Positions 26,362 to 33,414 of a stretch of DNA of 33,414 nt are shown in pieces. Below the pieces are notes generated by a model, which saw only the letters and a program-made list of their open reading frames with translations, was not told the DNA's origin and ran no database searches. Source of the stretch: Thermodesulfobacteriota bacterium (GTDB lineage Bacteria > Desulfobacterota > GWC2-55-46 > JBHHVK01); the NCBI GenBank assembly GCA_046754205.1, contig JBHHVK010000003.1:1-33414 (forward strand). The letters are read 5' to 3'. The translations under genes were made by a program, and so were the position numbers. Position 1 is the stretch's first letter, and every line of letters begins with the position of its first letter.

Positions 26362-27435
26362 ATGAAAAAGCGGATTCTCATAACCGGCGGCGCAGGGTTC
26401 GTCGGCTCGAATCTCGCCGTATCCTTCAAGAAGAAATATCCCGGCACGGAAGTCACGGCCCTCGACAACCTCAAGCGGCGCGGCTCCGAGCTGAACCTGG
26501 CGCGACTCGCAGGCCAGGGCGTCGACTTCGTCCACGGGGACGTCAGGGACCCCGGGGACCTCGCGGTTGACGGCGACCCGCCGGAGGTCATCATAGAGTG
26601 CTCGGCCGAGCCGAGCGTGCTCGCGGGCTTCGACTCCGGCCCTGGTTACGTCGTCAACACCAACCTCCTCGGCGCCTTCAACTGCCTCGAGGCCGCGCGC
26701 AGGTGGAATGCCGACGTCCTGTTCCTCTCGACTTCGAGGGTCTACCCCGTTGAAAAACTCAACTCCGTGAACTTTACCGCGGAGGAGACCCGCTTCGAGC
26801 TTGCCCGCGAGCAGACCATCCCCGGGGTCTCGGCGCTCGGCATCACGCCTGAGTTCCCGCTCGCCGGCCACCGCACCCTCTACGGGGCCACGAAGCTCGC
26901 CGCCGAGCTGCTCATCGAGGAGTACGGCTACATGTACGGGCTCCGGGCCGTGATAAACCGCTGCGGCGTCATAGCCGGCCCCTGGCAGTTCGCCCGCGTG
27001 GACCAGGGGGTCTTCACGCACTGGCTCGGCTCGCACTACTTCAAAAAACCGCTCGCCTACTTCGGCTACGACGGCTCGGGCAAGCAGGTGCGTGACCTCC
27101 TCCACGTGGACGACCTCTTTGAGCTGATCGACCTGCAGGTCGAAAACATCGCCAGGATGGACCGCTCGGTCTTCAACGTCGGGGGAGGCCCCGGTATCAG
27201 CCTCTCTCTGGCGGAGACCACCGAGCTCTGCGCGAACATAACCGGCAACAAGACGGAGGTGAGGGGCAAGAGCGGGCGGAGGGCTGCGGACATACCCATC
27301 TACCTCTCCGACAACAGCGGGGTGAATGACGCCACGGGCTGGCTCCCAAAAAAGGGCCCGGTTGAGATACTCAGCGACATCTTCAACTGGATACGATCCA
27401 ACGAGTCGCATGTCAGGAACACCCTCTTCCCCTGA
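26362..27435 (+). CDS. NAD-dependent epimerase/dehydratase, CDP-paratose 2-epimerase (RfbE/Tyv)-like
   Basis: ILITGGAGFVGS, DNLKRRGS, YGATK, NRCGVIAGPWQF..VDQG, GKQVRDLLHVDDL, FNVGGG; start ATG 26362. Confidence 0.85.
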   Translation: MKKRILITGGAGFVGSNLAVSFKKKYPGTEVTALDNLKRRGSELNLARLAGQGVDFVHGDVRDPGDLAVDGDPPEVIIECSAEPSVLAGFDSGPGYVVNTNLLGAFNCLEAARRWNADVLFLSTSRVYPVEKLNSVNFTAEETRFELAREQTIPGVSALGITPEFPLAGHRTLYGATKLAAELLIEEYGYMYGLRAVINRCGVIAGPWQFARVDQGVFTHWLGSHYFKKPLAYFGYDGSGKQVRDLLHVDDLFELIDLQVENIARMDRSVFNVGGGPGISLSLAETTELCANITGNKTEVRGKSGRRAADIPIYLSDNSGVNDATGWLPKKGPVEILSDIFNWIRSNESHVRNTLFP

Positions 27436-27498
27436 GGGGCCAGGGGGCCGTGGGGGGACGGGGGGCGGCAGGAGGGGGAACAGGGGGGGGGTGGGGGG
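27436..27498 (+). repeat. G-rich low-complexity tract
   Basis: GGGGCCAGGGGGCCGTGGGGGGACGGGGGGCGG... immediately after stop codon. Confidence 0.7.
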
Positions 27499-27656
27499 TA
27501 AGAGCCGTAATGCGTCGGCTTAGACCGATTCCTTGCTAAAGGGAGCTTCATCGAATGCCGAAATAGTGGTAAGCGGACGGAGATGCCTGAAACGGGTATG
27601 AGCCGGGCATGGGACGCAACCGGGGGGGGGCGCATCCGCCCCCTCCAAGTTCCGTC

Positions 27657-27686
27657 TTGACAACCGAGACGTGCCTGCTTTATACT
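27657..27686 (+). promoter_or_regulatory. Sigma70-type promoter
   Basis: TTGACA (27657-27662), 18-bp spacer, TATACT (27681-27686). Confidence 0.7.
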
Positions 27687-27695
27687 TGTTGCCGG

Positions 27696-27708
27696 CAATC
27701 CGTTGATT
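27696..27708 (-). promoter_or_regulatory. Putative IHF-binding site
   Basis: Minus strand AATCAACGGATTG matches WATCAANNNNTTR, flanked by an A/T-rich tract. Confidence 0.45.
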
Positions 27709-27769
27709 TATCACTATTTTTCCCGCCTCTACGACTTCGGGGCGGGACTCGGCCAGACGGATTACTGCC

Positions 27770-27865
27770 ATGTCAACGATGATGCTCCTTGCGGCCTTAT
27801 CGGTCTTGCTATGGACGGCCGGCCGGCTCCTGAGTTTCGCGGCCTCCTCCTACCCACTCGAATAG
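27770..27865 (+). CDS. Candidate 31-aa hydrophobic small protein
   Basis: MSTMMLLAALSVLLWTAGRLLSFAASSYPLE*, downstream of the sigma70 promoter; no clear SD. Confidence 0.3.
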   Translation: MSTMMLLAALSVLLWTAGRLLSFAASSYPLE

Positions 27866-28076
27866 CATGCCGGTAAAAGGCCTGTGAAAACACCTGCCAG
27901 GGGGCCCCTGCAGGGGGGCTCTGCCGTGGGGCCGGGGCGCGGTTATAGTTTAAAGGCGGGCGTTTTCCGAAGAGCGGCGCCCTCCTGTCGGCCTTCGGTC
28001 TCAGCCGCGCCAGACCACGGGATTCGCGGCAAATCGGCTCTTTTTTTCCTTATACTAAAAATCATCGGGAGGTTTC

Positions 28077-29378
28077 ATGCATATCTGCGTTATTGGAACG
28101 GGTTACGTGGGGCTTGTGACCGGGACGTGCTTCGCCGATTTCGGCGTGAGCGTGTCGTGCGTCGACAAGGACGCGGAAAAGATCGAAAGACTCAACAACG
28201 GCGAGATACCGATATACGAGCCGGGTCTTCAGGAACTGGTGACCAAGAACATCAACGAGGCCAGGCTCACCTTCACCACCGAGCTCGCCGACAGCATCAA
28301 GGAATCCCTCGTCATATTCATAGCCGTCGGCACCCCGCCGAAGCCGGACGGCTCGGCCGACCTCTGCTACGTCGAAGAGGTCGCCCGCACCATCGCCGCT
28401 AACCTTAACGGCTACAAGGTCATCGTAACAAAGTCCACGGTGCCCGTCGGCACGGGCAAGCTCATAGAGGAGATAATCTCAGCCGAGCAGGGCGGGGACC
28501 ACAAGTTCGACGTGGCGAGTAACCCCGAGTTCCTGCGGGAAGGCTCGGCCGTCGAGGACTTCATGCGCCCCAACCGCGTCGTCCTCGGGGCCAGGTCCGA
28601 GCAGGCAAAGGCCATACTCCGGGACCTCTACGCCCCGCTTTATCTCCTCGAAACCCCCTTCATCGTCACGGACATAGAGACGGCCGAGCTGATAAAGTAC
28701 GCCTCCAACGCCTTTCTCGCCACCAAGATATCCTTCATCAACGAGATGGCCAACATATGCGAGCGGGTGGGGGCCGACATACACATGGTCGCCAAGGGCA
28801 TGGGGCTCGACAACCGCATAGGCCCCAAGTTCCTCCACCCCGGCCCGGGCTACGGTGGGTCGTGCTTTCCGAAGGATACCTCGGCCATCACGAAGATAGC
28901 CAGAAAACACGGCTACGCCTTCAAGATAGTCGAGTCGGTCATAGAGGTCAACCAGGCCCAGAGGACCCTGATGGTGGAGAAGATAAAGTCCGCCATCGGA
29001 GGACTCTCAGGCAAAACGCTCGGCGTCCTCGGCATTACCTTCAAGCCCAATACCGACGATATCCGCGAATCCCCGGCGCTCGACATAATGAAGATACTCG
29101 TGGAGGGGGGGGCGGGTATCAAGGCCTACGACCCGGCGGGCATGAACAACGCCCGTGAGGAGGGGCCCGAGGGCATAAACTACTGCGGCGACGCCTACGA
29201 GGCGGCCGAGGGCAGCGACGCCATCGTGATACTCACCGAGTGGAACCAGTTCAGGAACCTGAACCTCGAAAAGGTAAAGGACCTTCTCAAGACCCCGATA
29301 CTCATTGACCTGAGGAATATCTACGAGCCCGAAAGGGCGAGGAAGATAGGCTTCGAGTACTTCTCCGTGGGCAGGTAA
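28077..29378 (+). CDS. ugd: UDP-glucose 6-dehydrogenase
   Basis: IGTGYVGL, KSTVPVG, SNPEFLREG, KYASNAFLATKISFINE, GYGGSCFPKD, FKPNTDDIRESP; SD GGGAGG. Confidence 0.95.
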   Translation: MHICVIGTGYVGLVTGTCFADFGVSVSCVDKDAEKIERLNNGEIPIYEPGLQELVTKNINEARLTFTTELADSIKESLVIFIAVGTPPKPDGSADLCYVEEVARTIAANLNGYKVIVTKSTVPVGTGKLIEEIISAEQGGDHKFDVASNPEFLREGSAVEDFMRPNRVVLGARSEQAKAILRDLYAPLYLLETPFIVTDIETAELIKYASNAFLATKISFINEMANICERVGADIHMVAKGMGLDNRIGPKFLHPGPGYGGSCFPKDTSAITKIARKHGYAFKIVESVIEVNQAQRTLMVEKIKSAIGGLSGKTLGVLGITFKPNTDDIRESPALDIMKILVEGGAGIKAYDPAGMNNAREEGPEGINYCGDAYEAAEGSDAIVILTEWNQFRNLNLEKVKDLLKTPILIDLRNIYEPERARKIGFEYFSVGR

Positions 29379-29525
29379 AGAGGCCCCCGGACCCGTTCAC
29401 GGGCCCCGGCGGCGCGTTGTTTCAAGTGGTCGACTCCCCGCCCCCGGGGCCGGTCCTCCCCCCCCCCGGGCGGTGAGAAAACTGTTGACTCCGCCGCGGC
29501 AAAAGAGGTATATCTAATACAAGCG

Positions 29526-29912
29526 ATGATTGGCCGTCTCTCAAATAGAGGCTCAATCAACTTCAGGCTCGTCTTCTGGGTCCTTGTGCTGTCCGCCGTC
29601 ATATACGGCGGCTACAAGTTCGGGCCCCCCGCGATACACCATTACATGCTGAAGACCGCGGTCAACAACGAGGCGAAGGTCGCCCACATGTACACCAGCG
29701 ACAAGCTCGCCGACCGCATCATGAAAAAGGCCCGGACCTGGTCGGTCCCGCTCGAAAGGGACGGGCTGGTCGTCGAGAAGTGGCGGGACTCGGTGCACAT
29801 CAAGGTCAGCTACGCTGTCCATCTCGATTTTTTTGGCAGGTACTCAAAGACCCTTGAGTACCGCATAGAAGTTACCCGCCCGCTGAAGACGGGCTCAAGG
29901 GTACTCTATTGA
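29526..29912 (+). CDS. Small membrane-anchored hypothetical protein (N-terminal TM after a pilin-like 'NRGS' leader; DUF4845-like)
   Basis: 128 aa MIGRLSNRGSINFRLVFWVLVLSAVIYGGYKFGPP...; family assignment is tentative. Confidence 0.6.
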   Translation: MIGRLSNRGSINFRLVFWVLVLSAVIYGGYKFGPPAIHHYMLKTAVNNEAKVAHMYTSDKLADRIMKKARTWSVPLERDGLVVEKWRDSVHIKVSYAVHLDFFGRYSKTLEYRIEVTRPLKTGSRVLY

Positions 29913-29999
29913 GACGCTTGCCTCCTGCCGCTCCGGGAGGATGTTTGTACCGATAAATCCGGTGGTTAGGGCAATCGGTTAGAGTACTTTCTGATGTCC

Positions 30000-30088
30000 G
30001 GGGGGGCCGGTGGGCCGGGGGGGTAAGGTGGCAGGGGGTTTGGGGGCCAGGGGGGCCGGTGGGGCAGGAGGGCAGAGGGGACGGGGGG
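30000..30088 (+). repeat. G-rich low-complexity tract
   Basis: Multiple G>=3 runs upstream of the pyrR leader. Confidence 0.7.
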
Positions 30089-30110
30089 CGCGGTAAGCCT
30101 TTTCAAAAAA

Positions 30111-30814
<704 letters not shown>

Positions 30815-30835
30815 CCGAAGGGTTTTTGTCCTGAT

Positions 30836-31768
30836 ATGATACTGAAGCGAAAGGACCTGCTCGGCATGGAGGACCTCTCCGGCGAGGAGATAGACGCCGT
30901 CCTTACGACGGCCGCCTCCTTCAAGGAGGTCTCCGCCCGCGAGATAAAGAAGGTGCCGACCCTGAGGGGGCGGACCGTCATAAATCTCTTCTACGAGCCT
31001 TCCACCCGGACAAGGACCTCATTCGAGATAGCGGCCAAGCGCATGAGCGCCGACGCCGTCAACATCTCCGTGGCTACGAGCTCGGTCGTCAAGGGCGAGA
31101 CCCTGAAGGACACGGCGCGCAACCTCGAGGCCATGAGGCCCGACTGCATAGTCGTAAGGCACCGGTCGGCCGGGACCCCGCAGATGCTCGCAAAGTACGT
31201 AGACTGCTCGGTCATAAACGCCGGTGACGGGGCCCACGAACACCCGAGCCAGGCGCTGCTCGACATGCTCACCGTCCTCGAAGAGAAGGGCAGGATCGAG
31301 GGGCTCAAGGTGACTATCGTCGGCGACATCGCCCATTCGAGGGTGGCGAGGTCCAATATCATCGGTTTTTCGAGGATGGGGGCCGAGGTGGTCGTCTCCG
31401 GCCCCCCGACGATGATACCCCCGGGCATAGAGCGGCTCGGCTGCCGCGCCACCCATGACATGAAAGAGGCCCTTGCCGGGGCCGACGTCATCATGATGCT
31501 CAGGATACAGCTCGAGCGCCAGCGCCAGTCGCTCTTCCCCTCCATAAGGGAGTACGCCGCGCTCTACGGCCTCGACGAGGCCAGGCTCGCCGGCGCCAGG
31601 GACGACGTCATAATACTCCACCCCGGCCCGGTCAACCGCGGGGTGGAGATTGCAAGCGAGGTCGCCGACGGCCCCTACTCGCTCATACTCGACCAGGTCA
31701 CCAACGGCCTGGCCGTGAGGATGGCCATCTTCTACCTCCTCCTCGGCGGCACGCGGGAGGACGAATAA
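30836..31768 (+). CDS. pyrB: Aspartate carbamoyltransferase catalytic subunit
   Basis: [44 protein letters not shown]. Confidence 0.97.
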   Translation: MILKRKDLLGMEDLSGEEIDAVLTTAASFKEVSAREIKKVPTLRGRTVINLFYEPSTRTRTSFEIAAKRMSADAVNISVATSSVVKGETLKDTARNLEAMRPDCIVVRHRSAGTPQMLAKYVDCSVINAGDGAHEHPSQALLDMLTVLEEKGRIEGLKVTIVGDIAHSRVARSNIIGFSRMGAEVVVSGPPTMIPPGIERLGCRATHDMKEALAGADVIMMLRIQLERQRQSLFPSIREYAALYGLDEARLAGARDDVIILHPGPVNRGVEIASEVADGPYSLILDQVTNGLAVRMAIFYLLLGGTREDE

Positions 31769-33082
31769 ATGCCGGAAGGTCGAGCGTTGAAGAGACTCTT
31801 CATTAAAGGCGGCCGCGTCGTGGACCCGGCCTCCGGCGTGGACGGCCCATTCGACGTCCACGTCGCCGGAGGCACTATCGCAGCGGTCCTGCCCCGCGGC
31901 GATGACTCCACCGGCAGGTCCGAAGGCGCGGCGGACCAGGAGGTCATAGACGCCTCGGGCATGCTCGTGCTCCCGGGCCTCGTGGACCTGCACACCCATC
32001 TCCGTGAGCCGGGGTACGAGTACAAGGAGACGGTCGCCACGGGAGCAGCCGCCGCAAAGGCTGGAGGGTTTACCGCAATAGCCTGCATGGCCAACACAGA
32101 GCCCGTGGCGGACAACGCCTCGGTCATTCGTTTTATCCTCAGGAAGGCCGAGTCAACGGGGATAAACGTCCACCCCGTCGGGGCCGTAACCGTGGGCCTT
32201 GAGGGCCGGAGCCTCACCGAGATGGCGGACCTGAAGGAGGCGGGCTGTGTCGCCGTCTCGGACGACGGCAGGCCCGTCATGGACCCGGCCCTCATGCGCA
32301 GGGCCCTCGAGTACTCGAAGGCCCTGGGCCTCGTCGTCATAACCCACGCCGAGGACGCCGGGTTCGCCGGCGCCGGGGTGATGAACGAGGGCGTCGTATC
32401 CACGAGGCTCGGCCTTACGGGCGTACCCAACGCGGCCGAGGACGCCATGGTCGCCCGCGACGTAATGCTCGCCGAGCTTGCGGGCGCGAGGCTCCACGTA
32501 GCCCACGTCTCGACCCGCGGCTCGGTGGAGATAATAAGGGCCGCAAAGGCCAGGGGGGTGAAGGTCACTGCGGAGGCCACGCCCCATCACCTTACGCTCA
32601 CCGACGAGGCCGTGGACGGCTATGACACCAACGCGAGGATGAACCCGCCCCTGAGGTCGCGCGACGACGTGGAGGCCGTAACAGGCGGGCTCGCCGACGG
32701 CACCATAGACTGCGTGGCCACGGACCACGCGCCCCATTCCGTCATAGAAAAGGACGTGGAGTTCGACGCGGCGGCCAACGGCATAATCGGGCTCGAGACC
32801 GCCTTCCCGCTCGTCTACGGGCTCGTCGAAGAGGGGGTAATCGGCCTCTGCGAGGCGGTGGCCGCCATGACCGTCAAGCCCGCGCGTCTTCTCGGCCTCG
32901 ATCACGGCACGCTCCGCGTGGGCAGCTCCGCCGACATCGCCATCGTGGACCCGGAGCGCCGCTGGACCGTGGACCCCGAAAAGCTCCGGTCGAGGTCGAA
33001 GAACACCCCCTGGGCCGGCAAGACCATGAAGGGCAGGGTCGAGATGACCATCTGCCGGGGAGAGGTGGTCTACCGGGCCTGA
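31769..33082 (+). CDS. pyrC: Dihydroorotase
   Basis: [45 protein letters not shown]. Confidence 0.95.
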   Translation: MPEGRALKRLFIKGGRVVDPASGVDGPFDVHVAGGTIAAVLPRGDDSTGRSEGAADQEVIDASGMLVLPGLVDLHTHLREPGYEYKETVATGAAAAKAGGFTAIACMANTEPVADNASVIRFILRKAESTGINVHPVGAVTVGLEGRSLTEMADLKEAGCVAVSDDGRPVMDPALMRRALEYSKALGLVVITHAEDAGFAGAGVMNEGVVSTRLGLTGVPNAAEDAMVARDVMLAELAGARLHVAHVSTRGSVEIIRAAKARGVKVTAEATPHHLTLTDEAVDGYDTNARMNPPLRSRDDVEAVTGGLADGTIDCVATDHAPHSVIEKDVEFDAAANGIIGLETAFPLVYGLVEEGVIGLCEAVAAMTVKPARLLGLDHGTLRVGSSADIAIVDPERRWTVDPEKLRSRSKNTPWAGKTMKGRVEMTICRGEVVYRA

Positions 33083-33167
33083 TGTAAATGGGGTATGGCA
33101 GGATGACAAGGATTGTGATACTTATTGTATAACTGACCGAGAAACCAGCAAAATAACGGATGACGAA

Positions 33168-33414
33168 TTGAAAAAAGCTGTCCTCGCCCTTGCCGACGGA
33201 AACGTCTTCGAGGGGCTCTCCATAGGCGCCGAGGGGGAGACCGTCTCGGAGCTTGTCTTCAACACCTCCATGACCGGCTACCAGGAGGTCTTGACCGACC
33301 CCTCCTACAGGGGCCAGATCGTCTTGATGACTTACAGCCAGCAGGGCAACTACGGGGTAAACGACGAGGACATCGAGAGCCGCAGACCCTGGGCCGAGGG
33401 CTTCGTCGTAAAGG
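33168..33414 (+). CDS. carA: Carbamoyl-phosphate synthase small subunit, truncated by window end
   Basis: From TTG 33168: [16 protein letters not shown]...[27 protein letters not shown]...GNYGVN. Confidence 0.93.
   Translation, partial: MKKAVLALADGNVFEGLSIGAEGETVSELVFNTSMTGYQEVLTDPSYRGQIVLMTYSQQGNYGVNDEDIESRRPWAEGFVVK

Noticed and set aside
3385-28076. Mobile element / genomic island
   Set aside because: No integrase, transposase, tRNA target or flanking direct repeats seen; composition looks similar to flanking housekeeping genes
29485-29514. Sigma70 promoter before the 128-aa ORF (TTGACT-N18-TATATC)
   Set aside because: -10 element lacks the conserved final T; too weak to call

Overview
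GC-rich bacterial chromosomal window. Gene order (purM-purN, spoVG, pyrR-pyrB-pyrC-carA, a sigma54 promoter) suggests a deltaproteobacterial/Desulfobacterota-like organism, which is inference only. Left end (minus strand): partial MBL-fold hydrolase, DUF523/TudS-like protein, purN, purM. Right end: ugd, a small membrane protein, a PyrR attenuator leader and pyrR-pyrB-pyrC-carA(partial). Between spoVG and ugd is a ~24 kb co-directional cell-envelope locus. It encodes five radical SAM enzymes (three B12-binding-domain type, two SPASM/twitch type), a YdjM-like membrane hydrolase, four putative GT-C-fold membrane glycosyltransferases (YfhO-like, GT87-like, AftD/YfhO-like, ArnT/PMT-like), two membrane proteins sharing a C-terminal 'AERxAxxxYxxxVxxV' helix, a Wzx flippase, a WcaJ-type priming transferase and a CDP-paratose-2-epimerase-like SDR. 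I see no soluble GT2/GT4 enzyme and no Wzz/Wza/Wzc gene in the window. This radical-SAM/GT-C glycan-tailoring locus is the main candidate for an undescribed system. Non-coding highlights: a consensus sigma54 promoter with tandem enhancer-like palindromes and an anti-Shine-Dalgarno-bearing transcript upstream of spoVG, recurrent G-rich tracts on the sense strand, a heptamer repeat, and a promoter/structured leader/31-aa hydrophobic ORF upstream of ugd. All family assignments come from motif recognition by eye, not database searches.
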